Below are positions 19,384 through 27,949 of a stretch of DNA of 37,329 nucleotides, in pieces. A model generated the notes under the pieces. The model was not told the origin of the DNA. It saw only the letters and a program-made list of their open reading frames with translations, and made no database searches. Within the stretch, counting starts at the first letter, position 1; every line of letters begins with the position of its first letter. Source of the stretch: a virus (Duplodnaviria; Heunggongvirae; Uroviricota; Caudoviricetes); IMG/VR virus record IMGVR_UViG_2850808358_000008, positions 1-37,329 of that record; one strand, given 5' to 3'. A program made the position numbers and the translations under genes.

Positions 19384-19853
19384 AAGTGCGTTACATCCTG
19401 ATGATGGCACTGACCGTCCTCACGCTGCTGACCATAACACTCTGGCAGACATTCAGACTGGGGCAGGAAGACGGACACAACCGTTATACACAGGCGCAAC
19501 TGGACGATTACAGCCGGACCCTGAAAGAGGCCGGCACCATCATCAGCACCGCATCCGGTGTACTGCGTGACGTCATGACAGCGCGCCAGAACCGACAACA
19601 GGAAGGGGAAATCCGACGTGAACAGCTACGCAACGATATCACGACAGATGCATGTGCCCGCGCTGTTCCTGACGCTCGCTTTACTGAGCGGTTGCACCAG
19701 CACGCAGAACGCGTCCGCGCCGCCGCCGTCGTTCCGTTTCATCCCGGAAGGGCTGACCGCCCCCGTACTTCCCCCGCCGTTTCCGGTGACGCCATCATGG
19801 GGAAACATCGGGATATGGAGCGACAGCCTCATGGACGCACTGGAAACCTGTAA
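19380..19853 (+). CDS. lysB: Inner-membrane spanin (Rz-like), P2 LysB position
   Basis: N-terminal transmembrane segment (ILMMALTVLTLLTITLW) followed by a charged coiled-coil-like region; contains the embedded o-spanin gene. Confidence 0.65.
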   Translation: MKVRYILMMALTVLTLLTITLWQTFRLGQEDGHNRYTQAQLDDYSRTLKEAGTIISTASGVLRDVMTARQNRQQEGEIRREQLRNDITTDACARAVPDARFTERLHQHAERVRAAAVVPFHPGRADRPRTSPAVSGDAIMGKHRDMERQPHGRTGNL

Positions 19854-19938
19854 CGCCGATAAGCGGGCCATTGAATTACTGGAACAACGCAGGCTGCAAC
19901 GACTGAACAACGAGGAAAACAACCATGCTGAAAACTGA
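19648..19938 (+). CDS. lysC: Outer-membrane lipoprotein spanin (Rz1-like), P2 LysC position
   Basis: Signal peptide with lipobox (MHVPALFLTLALLSGC) and a proline-rich body, in an alternate frame overlapping lysB and extending beyond it. Confidence 0.65.
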   Translation: MHVPALFLTLALLSGCTSTQNASAPPPSFRFIPEGLTAPVLPPPFPVTPSWGNIGIWSDSLMDALETCNADKRAIELLEQRRLQRLNNEENNHAEN

Positions 19939-20392
19939 TTCCCTGCGTGAAGCCATGACCCGTTCATGCCGGTGGTGTCATGCCAACCCGGAAAAATTCA
20001 CCATTTTCGTGGAGAGCGGCAACATTGAAACGACCGGAGAAACCCCATCGTTTGTTTACCGCTATCAGATAGTGATGTTTGTCATGGATTACGCCGGAGA
20101 GCTGGACGACCTCACGCTGCCGCTGCTGGCGTGGTTATCCGAAAATCAGCCACAGTTGTTGCTCAATCCGGAGCGTAATCAGGACATCAAATTTTCCGCC
20201 GTTATCAATGACGATGACAGCGCCGATCTCCTGTTTACGCTCCCCCTGCGGGAACGCGTTCGCATCACGCGCAGCAGTCAGGGCACACCGCAGGCAGAAC
20301 ACCTGCCGGAGCCAAAACCCCGCCTGCCCTCTTCCGAAGGCGACTGGTCGCATGTATTCCAGGATGTGACGTGGGGGGAAAGCGATGGATAA
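19925..20392 (+). CDS. R: Tail completion protein, P2 gpR-like
   Basis: 155-aa ORF. MLKTDSLR...LLAWLSENQP resembles P2 R as recalled. Confidence 0.75.
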   Translation: MLKTDSLREAMTRSCRWCHANPEKFTIFVESGNIETTGETPSFVYRYQIVMFVMDYAGELDDLTLPLLAWLSENQPQLLLNPERNQDIKFSAVINDDDSADLLFTLPLRERVRITRSSQGTPQAEHLPEPKPRLPSSEGDWSHVFQDVTWGESDG

Positions 20393-21020
20393 GGCATTCA
20401 CCCGCGTGGATGAAACCTTTGAGGCTATCCGCGACAGCCTGAATCAGCAGGCCATTAATAACATCGCCAGAAAGCTGGCACAGGATTTACGCCGCGCCCA
20501 GCAGGCGCGTATCCGGTCACAGAAAGCGCCGGACGGGACCGCATGGACACCACGCAGACGCCGCGTAACCCGGATACAGGAGCGCATTCGCTTTATCTGG
20601 AATAACGAAGCACGCACGCTGAAAAACTGGCATCACGACACGGGGAAATACGGGCGAACCATCACCGGGTGGGATGAGGATAAAAACAATATCCGCACGT
20701 TTTACCGGGATGACATCGACCGTTTTCTGGAAATACGCACCCGGCGCATCAACCAGGACAGCACAAAGCGCGTCTCCATGTTCGTAAAACTGCGCACCGC
20801 CCGCTACCTGAAAGCCCGTGCAGATGCTTCCGGTGTGACGGTGGGTTACAGCGGCGTGGCCGCACGTATTGCACGCGTTCATCAGTTCGGTGAGCGCGAT
20901 CAGGTTGCGCCGGGCATTTTCACCGATTACCCGGTACGTGAGCTGCTGGGTATCAGCCAGGCAGATGAGCGCCTGATTTATAACACGGTGCTGGGCCGGA
21001 TTGCGGAGGCTGTACGATGA
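20385..21020 (+). CDS. S: Virion morphogenesis / tail completion protein, gpS position
   Basis: 211-aa ORF between R and V. Longer than P2 S as recalled, so assignment is by position. Confidence 0.55.
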   Translation: MDKAFTRVDETFEAIRDSLNQQAINNIARKLAQDLRRAQQARIRSQKAPDGTAWTPRRRRVTRIQERIRFIWNNEARTLKNWHHDTGKYGRTITGWDEDKNNIRTFYRDDIDRFLEIRTRRINQDSTKRVSMFVKLRTARYLKARADASGVTVGYSGVAARIARVHQFGERDQVAPGIFTDYPVRELLGISQADERLIYNTVLGRIAEAVR

Positions 21021-21598
21021 GCGCAGAACTCATGCGACTGCTGAGCAATATCATCCGCACCGGGATTATCTCTGAAGTTGATGAGGAATCCTGGTGCGTG
21101 CGCGTTCGCAGCGGCGAACTGGAAACAGGCTGGCTGCGCTGGAACACCACGCGCGCGGGAGACTTCAACGTGTGGTTTCCGCCATCACCAGGCGAACAGG
21201 TGGCAATTGCCTGCATCGGCGGCAACCCGGAAACCGCCATGATAATCGGCAGCCTGTGGAGTGATGCCATTCCGGCACCCGGCAAAAGCCTGAAAGAAAT
21301 CGTGGTCAGCGCGCCGGACGGCGCGGTGTTCCGCTACGACGCGGACGCAGGCGCACTGAGCGCAAGCGGCATGAAAACGGCCACTTTGCAGGCATCCATC
21401 AGCGTGACACTGAACACGCCTGTCGTGGAATGCACAGACCTTCTGAGAACAGCGACGCTTGACGTCACAAAAGGGGGAACGATGAGCGGCAATATCACGC
21501 ACAGCGGCGGCGATTTCACCTCAAACGGCATCACAGTGCATACGCATAAGCACGGTGGCGTTAAAGGTGGCAGCGATTCGACAGGAGGCCCGCAGTGA
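21017..21598 (+). CDS. V: Baseplate central spike, P2 gpV-like
   Basis: 193-aa ORF with a Gly/His-rich C-terminus (HTHKHGGVKGG), at the head of the baseplate gene cluster. Confidence 0.8.
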   Translation: MSAELMRLLSNIIRTGIISEVDEESWCVRVRSGELETGWLRWNTTRAGDFNVWFPPSPGEQVAIACIGGNPETAMIIGSLWSDAIPAPGKSLKEIVVSAPDGAVFRYDADAGALSASGMKTATLQASISVTLNTPVVECTDLLRTATLDVTKGGTMSGNITHSGGDFTSNGITVHTHKHGGVKGGSDSTGGPQ

Positions 21599-21945
21599 CA
21601 ACCCGCTACACAGGAATGAACCCGGACGGGACGGGAAACCTGAACGATATGGAGCACCTGAAACAGTCAGTCAGGGATATCCTGACCACCCCGCTGGCAA
21701 GCCGGGTTATGCGACGGGAATATGGCAGCCTTGTGCCTGATTTGATTGACGAACCCATGAATAACACCACGCGTCTGCAATGCATGAGTGCTGCCGTGAT
21801 TGCGCTGACACGATGGGAACCCCGCATTGCCCTGGATGCCATCGACGTTGTCTGGAAAGCGGGAGGCCGCGCCGGGGTGACGCTGTCGGGCACTGTCATG
21901 CAGACCATGCAGAATGTTGAATTAACCATCACGCTGAGGGAGTAA
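21595..21945 (+). CDS. W: Baseplate protein, P2 gpW-like (gp25-like)
   Basis: 116-aa ORF translationally coupled to V. Confidence 0.8.
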   Translation: MTTRYTGMNPDGTGNLNDMEHLKQSVRDILTTPLASRVMRREYGSLVPDLIDEPMNNTTRLQCMSAAVIALTRWEPRIALDAIDVVWKAGGRAGVTLSGTVMQTMQNVELTITLRE

Positions 21946-21948
21946 ATC

Positions 21949-22845
21949 ATGCCCGCCGTTGACCTTTCACAGTTACCGGACCCCGCCATCATCGCGGAGC
22001 CTGACTTTGAGGCAATTCTGGCTGACACAAAGGCCATGATGATTGCGTCCTATCCCGCCGAACAGCGTGAAGCCGTTTCCGCCGCGCTGGAGCTGGAATC
22101 GGAACCCCTTAACGTTATCGCTCAAACCATGTCGTTTCGTGAAATGCTGTTACGCCAGCGGGTCAATGAGGGTGCACGCGCCTGCATGCTAAGCCACAGC
22201 GCCGGGACAGACCTGGACAACCTCGCGGGCAATATGAACACAAAGCGCCTGGTTATCACTCCGGCAACGGATACCACCGACGCAGTGATGGAAAGTGACA
22301 CCTCGCTGAGACTACGGGCGCAACGGGCATATGACGGTCTGAGTGTTGCTGGCCCGTCAGGTGCATACGAGTATTTTGCACGCAGCGCCAGCGGTCTGGT
22401 GCGTGATGCGCGGGCCATCAGCCCGTCTCCGGCCAACGTGACGGTTTCCATCCTGTCCACTGAGGGCGACGGCACAGCAACGGAGGCGTTGCTTAATACC
22501 GTTCGCGCCGTTCTGAATGCAGAGGATACCCGCCCGGTGGCCGACCGCCTGACCGTACAGAGTGCCAGAATCGTGACATGGCGGCTGAATGCAAAACTGT
22601 ACTTTTACCCCGGCCCGGAATCCGAACCTATTCTGGCTGCGGCGGAATCGTCGTTCAGGAAGTGGCTGGCTGAGCAGGGGCTTATCGGTCAGGACGTGGC
22701 GTTGTCCGCCATTGCTGCCGCACTGCATGTGCACGGTGTGCAACGCGTGGAGATAATCGAACCCACACAGAATATGGCCATCAGCGACATACAGGCGGCG
22801 CGCTGTGAGTCATTCACCATCAGCGAAGGTGGACGCAATGAGTAA
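21949..22845 (+). CDS. J: Baseplate wedge protein, P2 gpJ-like
   Basis: 298-aa ORF after W. Confidence 0.8.
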   Translation: MPAVDLSQLPDPAIIAEPDFEAILADTKAMMIASYPAEQREAVSAALELESEPLNVIAQTMSFREMLLRQRVNEGARACMLSHSAGTDLDNLAGNMNTKRLVITPATDTTDAVMESDTSLRLRAQRAYDGLSVAGPSGAYEYFARSASGLVRDARAISPSPANVTVSILSTEGDGTATEALLNTVRAVLNAEDTRPVADRLTVQSARIVTWRLNAKLYFYPGPESEPILAAAESSFRKWLAEQGLIGQDVALSAIAAALHVHGVQRVEIIEPTQNMAISDIQAARCESFTISEGGRNE

Positions 22846-23368
22846 TTCGTTGTTACCACCATCAGCCAGCAATTTCATGCGTTGTGCCGAAGCCGTCGGA
22901 ACACGCATTACAGACATTCCGGTAGACCTCAACACGCTGTGGTCGCCGGACACCTGCCCGGTGCATCTGCTGCCTTATCTCGCCTGGGCGTTTTCCGTTG
23001 ACCGCTGGGATCGCAACTGGCCGGAAGAGACAAAGCGACAGGTTATTCGTGATGCATGGCTGATACACCGACACAAAGGGACCATCAGCGCACTGCGCCG
23101 GGCCATTGAGCCGCTGGGATACCTCATTCGCGTGTCTGAGTGGTGGGAGTTCGGCGGAGAACCGGGAACATTTACCGTTGAAGTCGGCACGCTGGACAGT
23201 GGCGTGACGGAGGAAATGTATCTGGAAATGGAGCGGTTGATTGCTGATGCCCGTCCGGTCAGCCGCCACATGACAGGGCTGAATATCATTCAGGAAATTC
23301 CGGGGGATATTTTCGCAGCGGCGGCAACTTATGACGGTGAAGTTATTACCATTTATCCGGACGATTAA
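22838..23368 (+). CDS. I: Baseplate protein, P2 gpI-like
   Basis: 176-aa ORF overlapping the end of J. Confidence 0.8.
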   Translation: MSNSLLPPSASNFMRCAEAVGTRITDIPVDLNTLWSPDTCPVHLLPYLAWAFSVDRWDRNWPEETKRQVIRDAWLIHRHKGTISALRRAIEPLGYLIRVSEWWEFGGEPGTFTVEVGTLDSGVTEEMYLEMERLIADARPVSRHMTGLNIIQEIPGDIFAAAATYDGEVITIYPDD

Positions 23369-23370
23369 GC

Positions 23371-25480
23371 ATGAGTACCACAACACGTAAATTTAAAACC
23401 GTTATCACCGATACGGGTGCCAAAAAATTAGCTCAGGCAGCCGCGCCAGATGGTAAGCCTGTCCGCCTGACTCATATGGCCGTGGGCGACGGTGGCGGCA
23501 CGCTGCCCACACCAGACAGTAAGCAGACCCGTCTGGTGCATGAGGTGTGGCGACACACTGTTAATCGCGTCATCCTGGACGCAACACATCAGAACCGCAT
23601 TATTGCGGAGCTGGTTATTCCTCCTGAAACGGGCGGATTCTGGATCCGGGAAATTGGTGTATTTGATGAGCACGGCGATTTAATCGCGGTGGGCAATACT
23701 GCCGAAAGTTACAAACCAGCCGTTGCCGAGGGGTCCGGACGTGCACAAACATTTCGCACCATTCTGACCGTATCCAGCACTGCCACCGTGGCGCTTACCG
23801 TGGATAACACCATGGTGATGGCCACAGTGGATTACGTGGATGACAAACTGAAAGAGCCTGAACAGTCACGACGTCACCCGGATGCCTCGCTGACCGCAAA
23901 AGGCTTTGTTCAACTCAGTAGCGCCACCAACAGCACGTCTGAAGCACTGGCCGCAACGCCGAAAGCGGTCAAGGCAGCCTATGACCTTGCTAACGGGAAA
24001 TATACCGCACAGGACGCCACTACAGCGCGGAAAGGACTTGTCCAGCTCAGTAGCGCCACCAACAGCGATTCAGAAACGCTGGCGGCAACACCAATGGCGG
24101 TAAAGGCAGCATATGACCTTGCTAACGGGAAATATACTGCGCAGGATGCCACCACAGCGCGGAAAGGCCTTGTCCAGCTCAGTAGCGCCACCAACAGCAC
24201 GTCTGAAACGCTGGCGGCAACACCAAAGTCGGTAAAGGCAGCCTATGACCTTGCTAACGGGAAATATACCGCTCAGGACGCTACGACAGCACAAAAAGGA
24301 ATTGTCCAGCTCAGTAGTGCAACCAACAGCGCATCTGAAACGCTTGCTGCGACACCGAAAGCTGTGAAAGCAGCTAATGACAATGCGAATGGTCGGGTAC
24401 CTTCTGCCCGTAAGGTGAATGGTAAGGCGCTTTCAGCGGATATAACACTGACACCGAAAGATATTGGTACGCTTAACTCAACAACAATGTCATTCAGAGG
24501 TGGTGCTGGTTGGTTCAAATTAGCAACGGTAACCATGCCACAGGCGAGTTCTGTTGTTTCAATTACGTTGATTGGTGGCGCTGGATATAACGTCGGTTCA
24601 CCTCAACAGGCAGGTATATCTGAAATTGTTTTGCGTGCAGGTAATGGTAATCCGAAGGGGATTACTGGTGCTTTATGGCAGCGCACATCGGCAGGGTTTA
24701 CAAATTTTGCCTGGGTCAATACATCTGGTGATACTTACGATATTTACGTTGCAATCGGAAATTATGCGACTGGTGTAAATATTCAATGGGATTATACCAG
24801 TAATGCCAGCGTAACGATTCATCCGTCACCAGCATATTCTGCTAATAAGCCGGAAGGGTTAACGGACGGTACAGTTTATTCACTCTATACGCCATCAGAG
24901 CAGTTTTATCCGCCTGGCGCACCAATCCCGTGGCCATCGGATACCGTTCCGTCTGGTTATGCCCTGATGCAGGGGCAGACTTTTGACAAATCTGCCTACC
25001 CGAAACTTGCAGTCGCTTATCCGTCAGGCGTGATCCCTGATATGCGTGGCTGGACGATTAAGGGCAAACCTGCCAGTGGTCGGGCCGTATTGTCTCAGGA
25101 ACAGGACGGCATTAAATCGCACACCCACAGCGCCAGCGCATCCAGTACGGATTTGGGGACGAAAACCACATCGTCGTTTGATTACGGAACTAAATCCACA
25201 AATAACACCGGAGCACATACACACAACTTTGCTTACAACAATACTTCAGCATACGCAGAAACTCCCGGTACCGGTGGTGGAATGCATGCAACTAACACAA
25301 GCAAGACAGCAAGTAATCGCGTATTAAGCGCAGGAGCTCATACTCACACAGTAGCAATAGGTGCGCATACACATACGCTCGCTATTGGTTCGCACACACA
25401 CCATTACCATTGCCGCTTATGGCAACGCGGAAAACACCGTAAAAAACATCGCATTTAACTATATTGTGAGGCTTGCATAA
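23371..25480 (+). CDS. H: Tail fibre protein, P2 gpH-like, with an apparent frame disruption in a (CA)n run near 25393-25402
   Basis: Large ORF after I with an N-terminus like P2 H, internal tandem repeats and a His/Thr-rich AHTHT stretch. The expected C-terminus ([26 protein letters not shown], stop 25478-25480 overlapping the G start) is in the +1 frame relative to the ORF as sequenced, which ends at 25458. Confidence 0.8.
23899..24380 (+). repeat. About 3.6 tandem copies of a 132-bp (44-aa) repeat inside H
   Basis: Units start at 23899, 24031, 24163 and 24295 and encode KG(F/L/I)VQLSSATNS(T/D/A)SE(A/T)LAATPK(A/S)[21 protein letters not shown] with a few substitutions. Confidence 0.85.
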
Positions 25481-26079
25481 TGGCATTCAGAATGAGTGAA
25501 CAACCACGAACCATAAAAATTTATAATCTGCTGGTCGGAACCAATGAATTTATTGGTGAAGGTGATGCATACATTCCACCTCATACAGGTCTGCCTGCAA
25601 ATAGTACTGATATTGCTCCGCCAGATATTCCAGCTGGCTTCGTGGCTGTTTTCAACAGTGATGGGGCGTCCTGGCATCTCGTTGAAGATCATCGTGGTAA
25701 AACGGTTTATGACGTGGCTTCCGGCGACGCGTTATTTATTTCTGAACTCGGTCCGTTACCGGAAAATGTTACCTGGTTGTCGCCGGGAGGGGAATATCAG
25801 AAGTGGAACGGCACAGCCTGGGTGAAGGATACGGAAGCAGAAAAACTGTTCCGGATCCGGGAGGCAGAAGAAACAAAAAACAGCCTGATGCAGGTAGCCA
25901 GTGAGCATATTGCGCCACTTCAGGATGCTGTAGATCTGGAAATCGCAACGGAGGAAGAAATCTCGTTGCTGGAAGCCTGGAAGAAGTATCGAGTGCTGCT
26001 GAACCGTGTTGATACATCAAGAGCACCGGATATTGAGTGGCCAGCTTCCCCAGTGGAATCAAGGAGTAAACAAGCATAA
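25480..26079 (+). CDS. G: Tail fibre assembly chaperone, P2 gpG-like
   Basis: 199-aa ORF whose start overlaps the expected H stop (TAATG). Confidence 0.8.
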   Translation: MAFRMSEQPRTIKIYNLLVGTNEFIGEGDAYIPPHTGLPANSTDIAPPDIPAGFVAVFNSDGASWHLVEDHRGKTVYDVASGDALFISELGPLPENVTWLSPGGEYQKWNGTAWVKDTEAEKLFRIREAEETKNSLMQVASEHIAPLQDAVDLEIATEEEISLLEAWKKYRVLLNRVDTSRAPDIEWPASPVESRSKQA

Positions 26080-26173
26080 AGGCTTTCATTTCAAACCATT
26101 GTAGTCCAGTTTTTTGTATAGTACCCTGCTCATTTCGGATGACATGTGTGATTTGGAATTTCAGGGTACCATT

Positions 26174-27352
26174 ATGAATGTTATTTCATCATTAAAACAG
26201 CTTAACAGACAGCGAAATATTAAAACAAAAAAGATAAAGACGAAGGCCAGACTGGCATTTCTAAAAATGCGATACAGAAGGAAAACATCATTACAGCCGG
26301 ATAGTTATAAAACAGTGTGCATTTTCATGCACATGCAAGCCATTGGTGACGGCATCGTTACCTCAGGGTTTATTAAACAACTTCAAAAATCCGGTATGGT
26401 GGTATATGTGATAGCACCTTCAAGAGTATCATTCCTCTTTACTGATATTGTTGGCGTGGATGCCTTTATATCTTACGAGAAAAATAAATTTAACGAACTA
26501 AAAGCAAAGATAAAAAAACTGAATGTAGATCTTGTTGTTGACTTCTCAAATTTTGATAACACAGCGATAACCAGATTGCAAACCCTACATTTACTTAGAC
26601 CTAAACACTCTATCTGTTTTAATCATCCTGCCGTAACTATTTTTGATACAAATATAATCGATAATCGTTCCATTCACACATCTGAAAGAATGAAAAAAGT
26701 TTTATCTTTACTAAAGATAAAAAATAATAATTATGCTGCAGCGCTTAATTTTGACAACAAAATATATGAACCAGCAAATATTGTTGCAAATGAATTCAGG
26801 AAGAAAAACAAAAAATTAGTTATATTTAACCCTTATGGCTCTCAGAATAGCAGAACCTTATCTGATGAACAGATAAACAAAGTACTAGCTTACCTTAATA
26901 ACCTTAAGGGATATCACACAATAGTTTTTAATATGGGAAAACAGATTAATCACAATGGATTGGATAATGTGTCTCTATCTCCATTTTCTGATGCCGGATG
27001 TTCATTTGCATTGGTTCGCCATGCTGATTTTGTTATAACTGTAGATACTGCCATTGTACATTTAGCCAGTGCATTAAACATTAGACAATACTGTATATAT
27101 AATAACAGAATGCATGAAGGAAAATTCGAAAATAATATTGTGTGGGGGCCAAACAGCAAATTAGCGACTCAACTCACCACATCCGAACATCTAAGGTCTG
27201 AAGGGGGCGACGATATGCATAAATTCGACATAATGATCTTAATTAATGCTATCAAACAAGATTTGACAAACGATATACCGAATTACCACTCGGATTTAGG
27301 TTGTAAAAATAGATCCAGAAACCCAGAATTAGAAAGTAGCAATTCTTTATAA
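26174..27352 (+). CDS. Glycosyltransferase family 9 (LPS heptosyltransferase-like) moron
   Basis: Motifs HMQAIGDGIVTSGFI, VIFNPYGSQNSRTLSDEQ and ADFVITVDTAIVHLASALN parallel WaaC/WaaF-type GT9 signatures as recalled. Visibly AT-rich compared with flanking phage genes. Start uncertain; the ORF opens at 26114. Confidence 0.7.
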   Translation: MNVISSLKQLNRQRNIKTKKIKTKARLAFLKMRYRRKTSLQPDSYKTVCIFMHMQAIGDGIVTSGFIKQLQKSGMVVYVIAPSRVSFLFTDIVGVDAFISYEKNKFNELKAKIKKLNVDLVVDFSNFDNTAITRLQTLHLLRPKHSICFNHPAVTIFDTNIIDNRSIHTSERMKKVLSLLKIKNNNYAAALNFDNKIYEPANIVANEFRKKNKKLVIFNPYGSQNSRTLSDEQINKVLAYLNNLKGYHTIVFNMGKQINHNGLDNVSLSPFSDAGCSFALVRHADFVITVDTAIVHLASALNIRQYCIYNNRMHEGKFENNIVWGPNSKLATQLTTSEHLRSEGGDDMHKFDIMILINAIKQDLTNDIPNYHSDLGCKNRSRNPELESSNSL

Positions 27353-27448
27353 AGTAGAAACCTCAACAGTTTTATCAGGACCTACGATATATTATATAAC
27401 AACAAGCCGCCCATTACCCAATATGAGGGTATTAGCGGCAATGTAAAA

Positions 27449-27943
27449 TCAGAACAGTCCTTTAACTGAACTGGCCGCGCTGTTAAGGGATGATGTGACC
27501 TTATCTTTGAAGCCGGACAGCATATCACTGAACGATGAGGATTGCAGACGCTCCCGCAAATCCTCATCACAGCGTTCAAGGGTCAGTGAAAATTCTATCT
27601 TTTTCGCCTTACCGTAGCGATCAAACTCGGAACGGGTCGTATTCGTTTCAGTCAGTACATACATGCCGTAAATCTGCCCGACACCATCAATCAGAGGCCA
27701 GGGGCGTCCTGTATATGCCTGTGTGGTCAGCAACGAAAGCGACACTTCGCCACCTGTAATTTCAGGATAAAGCACGCCGGAAAGCACGATGCGATCATCA
27801 CCTGCGCCGATATACTGCCAGCTTGCTGAACGGTTAACGCGTTCATTTTTCACATGCCGCCAGCTTTTGTTTTGCTGTAACTGCTGATGCGGCAATGTGC
27901 GCAGCTCAAAAACAAACATGCCGTAGATCATCATCATGGCCAT
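27449..27943 (-). CDS. U: Tail protein, P2 gpU-like
   Basis: 164-aa ORF. N-terminus MMMIYGMFVFELRTLPHQQLQ...WRH resembles P2 U as recalled. Confidence 0.8.
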   Translation of the reverse strand: MAMMMIYGMFVFELRTLPHQQLQQNKSWRHVKNERVNRSASWQYIGAGDDRIVLSGVLYPEITGGEVSLSLLTTQAYTGRPWPLIDGVGQIYGMYVLTETNTTRSEFDRYGKAKKIEFSLTLERCDEDLRERLQSSSFSDMLSGFKDKVTSSLNSAASSVKGLF

Positions 27944-27949
27944 GACTCC

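Noticed and set aside
23899-24380. Possible CRISPR array suggested by regular repeats
   Set aside because: The 132-bp repeats are contiguous with no spacers, are in frame within tail fibre H, and encode a repeated peptide.
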